DNA of 64,000 nt, from assembly GCA_902795275.1 (NCBI GenBank), contig CADBKQ010000003.1, positions 69,912 through 133,911 of the forward strand, given 5' to 3'. Position 1 is the first letter of the stretch, and each line of letters begins with the position of its first letter. The DNA comes from an uncultured Eubacteriales bacterium (GTDB lineage: Bacteria > Bacillota > Clostridia > Christensenellales > Aristaeellaceae). The notes under the pieces are model-generated. The model was not told where the DNA came from. It did no database searches and saw only the letters and a list, made by a program, of their open reading frames with translations. Below, in pieces: positions 54,307-63,208 of this stretch. The translations under genes were made by a program, and so were the position numbers.

Positions 54307-55539
54307 ATGAAAAGCAACTTTAAAAAATTCCTGCTCCTGTGGACGGGGGAACTGATTTCCTCCATCGGCGGCGGGCTGACCAGCTTCGGGCTGGGCGTGT
54401 ACATCTTCCAGCAGACGGGCAGCGCGGCCAGCATGGCGCTGGTGACGCTGCTGGGCTTCCTGCCGACGCTGCTGCTGTCAGTGCCCGCCGGGGTGTTAGC
54501 CGACCGCTACGACCGGCGGCTGCTCATGATGATCGGGGACGGCTGCTCGGCCTTAGGCATCATCTACATCCTCATCTGCATGATGAACGGCGGCGCGTCC
54601 CTGGCGCAGATCTGCGTCGGCGTGTTCGTCAGCGCGGTGTTCTCGGCGCTGCTGGAGCCTTCCTTCCGCGCCACCATCACCGATTTGCTGACCAAGGAGG
54701 AATACTCCAAGGCCAGTGGCCTGGTGTCCCTGGCGGGCAGCGCCCGGTACCTATTCTCCCCCATCATCGCGGGCTTCCTGCTCACGGTCAGCGATGTAAA
54801 GCTGCTACTCCTCATCGACATCTGCACTTTCTTCCTGACCGTCATCAGCGCCGCCGTCGTTCGCAGGGGCATCGGGGCGAAAGCGGCGGAAAAGAAAGAA
54901 GCCTTCCTGCAGAGCATGAAGGAAGGCTGGAAGGTGCTTTGCGCAAAGAAGGGCGTGCTGATGCTCGTGGCGGTGTCCTCCGGCATCACGCTGTTTCTGG
55001 GCATGTTCCAAATCCTGGCGGAACCGCTGGTACTCTCCTTCGCGGACGCGAAAACCTTAGGCGTCACGGAAACGGTCTGCGCCTGCGGGATGCTGGTGAG
55101 CGGCCTCATTCTGGGCGTCAAAGGTCTGAAAGGGCATTACGTGGACATCATGGGCGCGGCGCTGATCGGGGCCGGGCTGTTCATGGCGGGCTTCGGGCTG
55201 TTTGAAAACATCGTGCCCATCTGCGTGTTCGGGCTGCTGTTCTTCGCGGCGCTGCCCTTCGCCAACAACTGCCTGGATTACCTGATCCGCACCAACATCC
55301 CCGATGAGGCCCAGGGCCGGGTCTGGGGCCTCATCGGCTTCCTGTCCCAGAGTGGATACGTAGTAGCCTACGCCGTTTCCGGCGCGGCGGCGGACGCGCT
55401 GGGCAAAATCAGCGGACGCGGCGTCGGGCGGGGCGCGGCCCTGGTGGTCATCATCGCGGGCCTGTGCCTTTCGGCGACGGCGCTGCTGATACTGGTTTCA
55501 AAGAGCATCAAAGCATTGGAATACAATCAGGAGGCGTGA
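54307..55539 (+). CDS. MFS transporter (drug/macrolide-efflux-like)
   Basis: 410-aa ORF with 12 TM helices and the motif GVLADRYDRRLLMMIGD. Confidence 0.85.
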   Translation: MKSNFKKFLLLWTGELISSIGGGLTSFGLGVYIFQQTGSAASMALVTLLGFLPTLLLSVPAGVLADRYDRRLLMMIGDGCSALGIIYILICMMNGGASLAQICVGVFVSAVFSALLEPSFRATITDLLTKEEYSKASGLVSLAGSARYLFSPIIAGFLLTVSDVKLLLLIDICTFFLTVISAAVVRRGIGAKAAEKKEAFLQSMKEGWKVLCAKKGVLMLVAVSSGITLFLGMFQILAEPLVLSFADAKTLGVTETVCACGMLVSGLILGVKGLKGHYVDIMGAALIGAGLFMAGFGLFENIVPICVFGLLFFAALPFANNCLDYLIRTNIPDEAQGRVWGLIGFLSQSGYVVAYAVSGAAADALGKISGRGVGRGAALVVIIAGLCLSATALLILVSKSIKALEYNQEA

Positions 55540-55579
55540 AAAAACGAGCAAGGCAAAAGAAACCTACAAATACAGGCCG

Positions 55580-56401
55580 GTGCTGTTCTTTGCCCTGGCG
55601 TATCTGTTCACCTGGATCTTCTGGGTCCCGGCGATCTTCGTATCGGAGGATGTGGGCGCGGGACTCATGGTCATCGGGCTCATCGCCCCGGCCGTCGTGT
55701 CCACGGTGTTTGTGCTGGTGTCCGGGTCGGATGTTTTAAAACAGGATCTGAAAAACAAGCTCATCGGGTTCTACAAGGTCAAATGGCGGAACGTTTTCTG
55801 GGCTGTGATCATCTTCGCGGGGATTGTTGTCTGCTCCATCCTGCTGTCCCTCGCCTTCGGCCAGTCGCTGGATCAGTTTTCCTTTGCCGAGGATTTCTCC
55901 TTCACCGGCGTGGGCGTCGGCAGCGCGCTGATCACCATCACGCTGGCCTCCATCATTGAGGAAGTCGGCTGGAAGGGCTACTGCGAGGACTCCATCGGCA
56001 ACTACATGAACTGGTTCTGGGAGTCCATGGTGTTCGGCACGCTGTGGTCGTTCTGGCATTTCCCGCTGATTTTCATCAAAGGCACCTACCAAGCCGGGCT
56101 GATGGTGAATTCCCTGTACGTGGTCAACTTCTTTATCAGCGGCATTCCCCTGGGCTTCATTATCACCTGGGTGTACCTGGTCAGCGACCGTTCCATCCTG
56201 GCCTGCATGATCTTCCATCTGTTCGTCAACTTCATGCAGGAGAAAATCGCCATGACGCCGGAAACGAAGTGCGTGGAAACCATCGTCGTGACCGTGGCTG
56301 CCGCGGTCATCGTGCTGGCCAACAAGGATCTGTTCTTTGAAACCCGGCACGTGGGCAGGCTGCTGGAAACGCTCTCCGGCGGGCAGGAAGAAAGAAGCTG
56401 A
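55580..56401 (+). CDS. CPBP-family intramembrane glutamic endopeptidase (CAAX protease/Abi-like); start uncertain
   Basis: Motifs EEVGWKGY and FHLFVNF. The frame is open from 55490 with no canonical start before the GTG at 55580 (see finding). Confidence 0.75.
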   Translation: MLFFALAYLFTWIFWVPAIFVSEDVGAGLMVIGLIAPAVVSTVFVLVSGSDVLKQDLKNKLIGFYKVKWRNVFWAVIIFAGIVVCSILLSLAFGQSLDQFSFAEDFSFTGVGVGSALITITLASIIEEVGWKGYCEDSIGNYMNWFWESMVFGTLWSFWHFPLIFIKGTYQAGLMVNSLYVVNFFISGIPLGFIITWVYLVSDRSILACMIFHLFVNFMQEKIAMTPETKCVETIVVTVAAAVIVLANKDLFFETRHVGRLLETLSGGQEERS

Positions 56402-56421
56402 TTCCCGAAAGCGTCCCGGCG

Positions 56422-57219
56422 TTACAGCACAAACGCCAGCATGTTCAGCACGTCCATATAGTCGTCCGCCTCATACGCGATCTCGTAAGGCCCCGTCTGC
56501 TTTACGCCGGGATAGGCGGCGGCGAGGCGGGCGGAGGGATGCTTTTTGAAGCTGATCTCCACCCGGAAATGGTCGGGCAGGGGGAACATGCAGTCCTTGG
56601 CGTCCTTGCGCATGGCGCGTTCGGCGGCTTCGCGGATGAGGCGCAGGGCTTTGTTGGGATGGATGGAAATGGAGCCTCTCCCCCGGCCTTCGCTGACGGC
56701 CACGGTTTCGATGTTGGGATTCATCCCTTTCATCCAGTCGCACAGCCCCTTGTCCCCTGTCACCAGGCGCACAGGCACGCCCATGTACGCGGCGGTCAGG
56801 CTGTTGATCATCAGCTCGGGCGCAATCACGCCATTGATGCGCACAAAATTGTTGTTTAAATTCATCGTGTGGGAAAGCGGATTGGTGTCCATGCCGGCGG
56901 CGGAGTGGTAGCCGGTGAAGAACACGCCGTCATACCCCGGCTCCAGCCCGCTCATCATGCTGAACACGTCGCTGCCCCAGCCCCGGAACAGGCGCGTTTC
57001 CTCCGGCAGCAGGGAGGGAATCAGGTTGCAGGCGCTGTCGTGCGCGTCTTTGATCAGGATGTCGTCAGCCCCCGCGGCCATGGCCCCTTCGCAGGCAGCC
57101 TTCACTTCTTTGGTCATCTGCTCGGCAAAGTAAGGATACCGGGAATGCCCGTTCTCCGTTTCGTCCCACAGGGTGATGCCCGTCGTGCCTTCGATGTCGG
57201 CGGAAATAAACAGCTTCAT
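56422..57219 (-). CDS. M55-family D-aminopeptidase (DppA-like)
   Basis: MKLFISADIEGTTGI start and length typical of peptidase M55. Confidence 0.85.
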   Translation of the reverse strand: MKLFISADIEGTTGITLWDETENGHSRYPYFAEQMTKEVKAACEGAMAAGADDILIKDAHDSACNLIPSLLPEETRLFRGWGSDVFSMMSGLEPGYDGVFFTGYHSAAGMDTNPLSHTMNLNNNFVRINGVIAPELMINSLTAAYMGVPVRLVTGDKGLCDWMKGMNPNIETVAVSEGRGRGSISIHPNKALRLIREAAERAMRKDAKDCMFPLPDHFRVEISFKKHPSARLAAAYPGVKQTGPYEIAYEADDYMDVLNMLAFVL

Positions 57220-57237
57220 AGCGTCCCTTCCTTTCTG

Positions 57238-57888
57238 TTACGCCAGAACCAATTCCACAATTTCATCCGGCTCAATGACCAGGCGCCTCGCTCCGTTGGC
57301 GATCAGTTCTTCCCGCGGGCGGTAGCCCCAGAGCACGCCGATGGTTTCCATCCCGGCGGCGTTGCCGCACTTCATATCCGTGCTGGTATCGCCCACGTAC
57401 CAGCAGCCGCCGGGCTCCATGCCCAGCTGCGCCGCAATCAGCAAGGCCGCAGCTGGGTCGGGCTTGAGGGGCACGCCCTCTGTGCGCCCGCGGATGACGG
57501 AAAAACGCACGTCCGGGAAATAATGCCCCAGCACCCGTTCGGCGTCGGCCTGGTCCTTGTTGGTGAGCACGCACACGTCCACGCCGTTTTCGCACAGGGT
57601 TTTCAGCATTTCCGGCACGCCCCGGAACACCCTGCTGTTCACCTGGTTGTTCACGGAATAATCAGCCTTGTACGCTTCCAGCACCTGCTGATAAAGCTCC
57701 GTATGTTCTCCGACGCAGCGCTCGGTCAGCTTCAATACGCCGTTTCCGACCTTGTATTTATACGCGCTTTCCTCAAACGTCGGCAGGCCGAACTTTTTCA
57801 GCGAACGGTTCATGGCCGCGGCAATGTCCGGCAAGGAATGAATCAGCGTACCGTCCAGATCAAAGATGACGCATCTTTTCATGTTCAT
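57238..57888 (-). CDS. HAD-superfamily hydrolase (phosphoglycolate phosphatase-like)
   Basis: MNMKRCVIFDLDGTLIHS with a GGAAGGAG RBS and a later VGDTSTDMKCGNAAG motif. The 430-aa track ORF is an extension. Confidence 0.85.
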   Translation of the reverse strand: MNMKRCVIFDLDGTLIHSLPDIAAAMNRSLKKFGLPTFEESAYKYKVGNGVLKLTERCVGEHTELYQQVLEAYKADYSVNNQVNSRVFRGVPEMLKTLCENGVDVCVLTNKDQADAERVLGHYFPDVRFSVIRGRTEGVPLKPDPAAALLIAAQLGMEPGGCWYVGDTSTDMKCGNAAGMETIGVLWGYRPREELIANGARRLVIEPDEIVELVLA

Positions 57889-57969
57889 TGCTCCTTCCTC
57901 TTCCCCTGAATTGTAGCACAGGAATGCTTTTTGCGCAAGGCGGGCATGATAGGCAGGGGAGGAATGAAC

Positions 57970-58533
57970 ATGAAAAGACTGAAAAAAACCGGTTCCCTGC
58001 ACGGCTTTCTGCTCACCGTCTGCGCCGTGGCGCTGGCGGTGGGCCTGATGACGGAAACCGCGAAAGCGCCGGAGCTGGAAGCGCCGACACTGAGCGCCAC
58101 ACAGCCGCCCGCTGTCGGCGCGGCGGAGCAGGGCGCGAAAGTCGCCGCGGCCTGCGAAATCATCCAGACCATGGCCTTTACCCGCTGCGGCCACAGCGTG
58201 ACCCGCCGCGTCCAAGCCCCGGAAGCCCTGGCCGGGGCGGACTTTGCGGCGGTGCAGGATTACTACAGCCTGTGGCAGATCGAAAGCTTCGCCCCGGAGC
58301 GCATCGATATGCGCCGGGAAATCCCGCTTTTCTGCCCCATCCATACGGTGGCGGGCGTGAACGAAGCGGGAGACGTGGTGCTGCTGCGCAACATGTACGG
58401 CGACGGCATGGCCGTGGTGAAGGATCTGGGGCGCTCCCTGGACGGCTTTGCCCCGGAAGCCCGCGAAGCGCTTCTGCTGGGCGTGGGCTTTGACACCGAA
58501 CAGGACGCGGAAGCCTGGCTGCGGGAGCATTGA
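57970..58533 (+). CDS. Secreted protein, possibly BofC C-terminal-domain-like
   Basis: MKRLKKTGSLHGFLLTVCAVALAVGL signal/anchor. The C-terminal part (GVNEAGDVVLLRNMYGDGMAVVKDLG...LLLGVGFDTEQDAEAWLREH) resembles the BofC_C pattern as I remember it. The functional call is tentative. Confidence 0.5.
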   Translation: MKRLKKTGSLHGFLLTVCAVALAVGLMTETAKAPELEAPTLSATQPPAVGAAEQGAKVAAACEIIQTMAFTRCGHSVTRRVQAPEALAGADFAAVQDYYSLWQIESFAPERIDMRREIPLFCPIHTVAGVNEAGDVVLLRNMYGDGMAVVKDLGRSLDGFAPEAREALLLGVGFDTEQDAEAWLREH

Positions 58534-58592
58534 CAGGAGCGGAAAAAGCCGATATAATTTCCCTGTGAATCATTGATCCCAGGGAGGCTGCC

Positions 58593-59681
58593 ATGCCGCA
58601 GAACCGAACTTACAGTCGGCGGAACCGCCGCTCTCCATACGTATTCATCGCGTTGCTGCTGATATTGCTCACCGCGGCGCTGATCCTCGGCGCACGGGCC
58701 ATGAACGCCTGGAAGGTGTATGAGGCGGAAGCCGCCGTGACCCCTGTCCCCACCGCCACCGTGGCGCCTATCAGCGTGACGCCCGACCCCTTCCGCGTAA
58801 CGCCCGCGCCCACGTCCCCGCCTACGCCCGCGCCCTCCCCCACGCCGGGGCTGCTGAACAGCGGCTCCAAGGGAGACGAGGTGCGGCGGCTGCAAGTGCG
58901 CTTGCAGGACCTGGGCTACTATCACGGCAGCATTGACGGGGATTACGGCACCGGCACCAAGACCGCCGTGCAGACCTTTCAGAAAATCAACGGCCTGGAT
59001 GCCGACGGCATCGCCGGGCAATTGACCCAGACCCTGCTGTTCTCCGACCAGGCGCTGCCCGCGCCCGGGCCGGTGGACGTGCTGGAAGGGGACATCCCGC
59101 TGCTGGTCAACAGCGCCAACGCCCTGCCCGACGGCTTTGAGCCCGCCGACCTGGTGAAGGTCAAGGACGTTGTCGGCAGCCTGATGACCTACGAAAGCAA
59201 CAGCGCCCAGGCTGTGCGGGAAGCCGCCGAAGCGCTGAAGGCCATGATCCAGGCCGCGGTCAACGACGGCTATAAGCCCTGGAAGCTGCGGGAAGCCTAC
59301 CGCACCATCGCCGACCAGAAGCGCATTTTCAACAACCGGGTGAACAAATACATGGACGAAAGCAATCTCACCCGCGCCCAGGCCACCGCCCGCGCCCGCC
59401 AGTCCGTGGCCGACCCCGGCTGCAGCGAGCACCACACCGGCCTGGCCTTCGACCTGAACGTGCCCGGGGAAGCCTTCGGCGATACCGCGCAATACCTCTG
59501 GCTCAAGCAGCACTGCTGGGACTACGGGTTCATCATGCGCTATACCGATGAAAAGTCCGACATCACCGGCATTACCGGCGAGGAATGGCACGTGCGCTAC
59601 GTGGGCGTGGAGCACAGCCGGAAGATGCGGGATCTGGACTACTGCCTGGAAGAATATGTGGAATGGCTGAAGAAGCAGTGA
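58593..59681 (+). CDS. M15B/VanY-family D-Ala-D-Ala carboxypeptidase with a PG_binding_1 domain
   Basis: N-terminal TM helix, Pro/Thr-rich linker, PG-binding repeat (GDEVRRLQVRLQDLGYYHGSIDGDYGTGTKTAVQTFQ) and VanY motifs SEHHTGLAFD and EEWHVRYVG. Confidence 0.85.
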   Translation: MPQNRTYSRRNRRSPYVFIALLLILLTAALILGARAMNAWKVYEAEAAVTPVPTATVAPISVTPDPFRVTPAPTSPPTPAPSPTPGLLNSGSKGDEVRRLQVRLQDLGYYHGSIDGDYGTGTKTAVQTFQKINGLDADGIAGQLTQTLLFSDQALPAPGPVDVLEGDIPLLVNSANALPDGFEPADLVKVKDVVGSLMTYESNSAQAVREAAEALKAMIQAAVNDGYKPWKLREAYRTIADQKRIFNNRVNKYMDESNLTRAQATARARQSVADPGCSEHHTGLAFDLNVPGEAFGDTAQYLWLKQHCWDYGFIMRYTDEKSDITGITGEEWHVRYVGVEHSRKMRDLDYCLEEYVEWLKKQ

Positions 59682-59694
59682 GCGGAGGTACGAA

Positions 59695-60969
59695 ATGGAT
59701 CAAAAAAAGTGGGCTTTGGACGCGCGGCAGGCGTCATATCAGTTAGCGGTCTTATCCCCGGAAGAGAGGAACGCGGCGCTGCGGGGAATAAAGGACGCCC
59801 TGAAAAAGCACAGGGAAACCATCTTCGCCCAGAACGCTCTGGACATGGCCCAGGCGGAAGAAGAACACCTGGCTATGCCGCTGCTCAAGCGCCTGAAATT
59901 TGACGAAGCGAAGCTGGCGGACGTGCTCTCCGGCTTAGATTCTTTGATCGCCCTGCCGGACCCGCTGGGCAGAATCACCCTGGCCCGGGAGCTGACGCCG
60001 GGGCTGAACCTGTACCGCGTCGCCTGCCCCATCGGGGTCATCGGCGTGGTGTTCGAGTCCCGGCCCGACGCGCTGGTGCAGATCGCCGGGCTGTGCCTGA
60101 AAAGCGGCAACGCCGCGCTGCTCAAGGGCGGGCGGGAAGCCCTGCGCACCAACCGGGCTTTGATGGCAGCCATGCAGGAGGGCGCGAAGGACATCCTGCC
60201 GCCCGGCTGGGCCGCGCTGCTGGAGACCCGGGACGACGTAAACGACATGCTGTCCCAGGACGAATCCATCGACCTGATCATTCCCCGGGGCAGCAACGCC
60301 TTTGTGAAGTACATCATGGAGCACACCGCCATCCCCGTGATGGGCCACGCGGAAGGCCTGTGCCACACCTACGTGGACGCCTCCGCCGACGTGGACATGG
60401 CGGTGAAGGTGGCCGTGGACGCCAAGACCCAGGCCCTGGCCGTCTGCAACGCCACGGAAACCCTGCTGGTGCATCAGGACATTGCCGCAGCCTTCCTGCC
60501 CCCATGCGCCGAGGCGCTCAAGGCCAGGGGCGTGGAGCTGCGCGGCGACGAACGGACGCGGGCCATCATTCCCTGCCAGCCCGCCACCGACGCGGACTGG
60601 GACACCGAATACCTGGATGCCATTCTGTCCATCAAGATTGTGGATTCTATCGAAGAAGCCATCGCCCACATCAACCGCCACGGCTCCCACCACACCGACG
60701 CGATTTTAGCCCAGGACGAACAGGCGCAGCGGCGCTTTCTCTCCGGCGTGGACAGCGCCGGGGTGTACGTGAACTGCTCCACCCGCTTTGCCGACGGCTT
60801 CCGCTACGGCTTCGGGGCCGAGGTGGGCATCGCCACCGGCAAGCTCCACGCCCGCGGCCCGGTGGGCGTGGAAGGGCTGTGCACCTATAAGTATCAGCTC
60901 ATCGGCTCCGGCCAGACCGTGGCGGAAACCGTCAACGGCACGATTACTTATACACACAAAGATTTATAA
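59695..60969 (+). CDS. proA: Glutamate-5-semialdehyde dehydrogenase
   Basis: 424-aa ORF, ALDH-type, with ESRPDALVQI, CNATETLLVH and GVYVNCSTRFADGF. Confidence 0.95.
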   Translation: MDQKKWALDARQASYQLAVLSPEERNAALRGIKDALKKHRETIFAQNALDMAQAEEEHLAMPLLKRLKFDEAKLADVLSGLDSLIALPDPLGRITLARELTPGLNLYRVACPIGVIGVVFESRPDALVQIAGLCLKSGNAALLKGGREALRTNRALMAAMQEGAKDILPPGWAALLETRDDVNDMLSQDESIDLIIPRGSNAFVKYIMEHTAIPVMGHAEGLCHTYVDASADVDMAVKVAVDAKTQALAVCNATETLLVHQDIAAAFLPPCAEALKARGVELRGDERTRAIIPCQPATDADWDTEYLDAILSIKIVDSIEEAIAHINRHGSHHTDAILAQDEQAQRRFLSGVDSAGVYVNCSTRFADGFRYGFGAEVGIATGKLHARGPVGVEGLCTYKYQLIGSGQTVAETVNGTITYTHKDL

Positions 60970-60975
60970 TTTCAT

Positions 60976-61012
60976 AAAAAAGCGGCTGCCCCAAAGCGGG
61001 ACAGCCGTTTTT
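60976..61012. terminator. Bidirectional terminator between proA and the PAP2 gene
   Basis: aaaaaagcggctgcc-ccaaagc-gggacagccgttttt. Confidence 0.75.
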
Positions 61013-61024
61013 GCATGTCATGGA

Positions 61025-61675
61025 TTACTTGCTGTCGCACTTCTCCAGCATCGCGGAGAAGGCCAGCAGCAGGGCGGAGCTGAGGAGCACGCCGCCGCAG
61101 ATGTCCGTCAGCCAATGCACGCCGGAGCCCAGGCGGAACGCCGTACCCAGGATGATGAGCACCGCGCACACCACGCGAACCAGCAGCGCCCGCTGGGGAT
61201 TCTTGATATACCGCCCGGCCATCATTGCCGCGCTGCCCAGGATGGTAAAGAACAGCAGGGTATGGGTGGAGGGGAACGAAGCCTCCGGCCCGGTTTTGTC
61301 GGGCAGGATGATGGGCCGGTAGTTCACGATGAATGTTTCAAACAGCACATACAGCACCGCCACCGCCGCGTACAGCCCGGCCAGCAGCAAGATGGCTTTA
61401 TCCACCTTTTTCAGGCTCCTGCGCTGAATCAGCTGCACAAGGCCGAACAGGCCGAAGCCCGCCGCCAGCAGCAGCGTCAAATATCCCAAATATTTTGTAA
61501 TTTTGTACAGCCCCATGTTCACGCCCACCGCATTATGCACGGCCTGGTTCAGATGGGACAAGCCGATCTTGGTTCCCTCCGGCCCGATGGCCGCCACGTC
61601 CACAGTGCTGACCACGACGATCAGCGCGATAAAAAGCATAAAGCACAGAGCGGATAACGCCAGTTTCTTTTTCAT
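61025..61675 (-). CDS. PAP2-family membrane phosphatase
   Basis: MKKKLALSALCFMLF start with motifs PSTHT and SGVHWLTD. The track start at 61750 is an extension. Confidence 0.8.
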   Translation of the reverse strand: MKKKLALSALCFMLFIALIVVVSTVDVAAIGPEGTKIGLSHLNQAVHNAVGVNMGLYKITKYLGYLTLLLAAGFGLFGLVQLIQRRSLKKVDKAILLLAGLYAAVAVLYVLFETFIVNYRPIILPDKTGPEASFPSTHTLLFFTILGSAAMMAGRYIKNPQRALLVRVVCAVLIILGTAFRLGSGVHWLTDICGGVLLSSALLLAFSAMLEKCDSK

Positions 61676-61754
61676 CCGGTTTTCTTCCTCGCTTTCCGTT
61701 TGCCGCGCCAGCGGCCCGTCTATTATACTACCAAACATTGCCAGATGCAAGAGG

Positions 61755-62624
61755 TCATTCTCCCGCCAGCGCGCTGAAGCCTTCGCCCAGGGTTTCGTGG
61801 GTGTCGGTGATGAACATGAACGCCTTTTCGTCCTCCTGCCGCACGATCTTTTTCAGCGGAATGACCTCCCGCTGGGACACGACGCTGATGAGCAGGGTGC
61901 GCTCCCGGCCGCTGTACGCGCCGGTGCCGTTGACGACGGTGGCGCCGCGGTCCAGTTCCGCCATGATGCGCCGGGCAATATCCACCGCCCGGTTGGTGAT
62001 GATGAAGCACGCCTTGGCCGATCCGAAGCCCGCCAGCACCAGGTCCACGGCTTTCGCGTTGACGAAAATGCAGATCAGCGCGTACAGGGCGGCCCGGGCG
62101 CTCATGGTGAACGCGGCGCAGAGGATCACCGCGCAGTCGATCATAAACAGGAAAGCGCCCACCGTCACAACGGGGAATTTCTTGTGCACCATCCGGGCCG
62201 CCATGTCCGACCCGCCGGTGGTGGCCCCGCCGCGCATGATCAGGCCCAGGCCCACGCCCAGCACCAGCGCGCCGTACACGGTGCCCAGCAGGATGTCGTC
62301 GGTCAGCGGCGGCAGCTGGATCAGGTCGATGCAGGCGGAGAAGAGCAGCGTCGCCACTAAGGAACGGAACGCGAACACCCGGCCCATGGCCTTATATCCG
62401 ATCACGAACAAAGGCAGGTTCAGCGCCATGCTGGTCACGCCCACGGGCCAGCCCCAGAGATAATTAAAAATCGTGGCAATGCCCGTCAGCCCGCCCGGGG
62501 CGATGTTGTTGGGCACCAGGAACAGCGGGTACGCCGCGCCGCCAATCACGCAGCCCAGCGCGATTTCAAGATATGCCACCAATCGCTCGTTTTTTAACCG
62601 CGCTCCGATCAAAGACAGCTTCAA
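61755..62624 (-). CDS. YitT-family membrane protein (DUF2179 C-terminal domain)
   Basis: 289-aa ORF with LFLVPNNIAPGGLTGIA, typical of YitT. Confidence 0.85.
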   Translation of the reverse strand: MKLSLIGARLKNERLVAYLEIALGCVIGGAAYPLFLVPNNIAPGGLTGIATIFNYLWGWPVGVTSMALNLPLFVIGYKAMGRVFAFRSLVATLLFSACIDLIQLPPLTDDILLGTVYGALVLGVGLGLIMRGGATTGGSDMAARMVHKKFPVVTVGAFLFMIDCAVILCAAFTMSARAALYALICIFVNAKAVDLVLAGFGSAKACFIITNRAVDIARRIMAELDRGATVVNGTGAYSGRERTLLISVVSQREVIPLKKIVRQEDEKAFMFITDTHETLGEGFSALAGE

Positions 62625-62706
62625 AAAAATTCCCCTCCAAAAAGTGTGGTTTCATTGTATTCTTCCAGGCCGGCCGAAATTCCTGCCTGCGGGCAGAAAA
62701 AGGGGG

Positions 62707-63099
62707 CTACTGCTCCTGTCTTGCTTTCAAATCTTCATAGGCCCGCAGCTTTTCGGAAAAGAAGTTCAGCTTCCAGGTGACCTTCTCTAAGTATTTCTGC
62801 ATTTCGTTCATCCGCTGGATCACGCTCTCCCGGTGCTCCCGCAAAAGTTCCACCCGCTCCCTGAGAGTTTCGTCGCCCTGGCGGGTCAGCCGCACGAAGC
62901 GGGTGATCTCCTGGAGCGACATGCCCGTGTTTTTCAGGCAGCAAATCAGTCCCAGGGCTTCCAGGTCCTCATCCGTATACTGGCGGAAGCCGCCGGGGGT
63001 GCGGCTCACGGGCGAAAGCAGGCCTTCCTTTTCATAGTACCGCAGCGTGTGGGTGGACAGGCCGGTTCTGCCGCTCACGTCCTGAATGGAATACATCAA
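62707..63099 (-). CDS. MerR-family transcriptional regulator
   Basis: MMYSIQDVSGRTGLSTHTLRYYEKEGLL HTH followed by a coiled-coil. Confidence 0.9.
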   Translation of the reverse strand: MMYSIQDVSGRTGLSTHTLRYYEKEGLLSPVSRTPGGFRQYTDEDLEALGLICCLKNTGMSLQEITRFVRLTRQGDETLRERVELLREHRESVIQRMNEMQKYLEKVTWKLNFFSEKLRAYEDLKARQEQ

Positions 63100-63118
63100 A
63101 TTTTCCTCCTGTCGACTA

Positions 63119-63149
63119 TTGACTTAGAGTAAACTTTAAGGTTTACAAT
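63119..63149 (+). promoter_or_regulatory. MerR-type promoter with a 19-bp spacer and internal dyad
   Basis: TTGACT (63119-63124), a 19-nt spacer containing gtaaacttt/aaggtttac, then TACAAT (63144-63149). It is divergent from the MerR gene. Confidence 0.65.
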
Positions 63150-63208
63150 GATTATACAAAAAAAGAAATCCCCTGTCAACCGGTATTTTACGATCAAGGG
63201 AGGAACAG

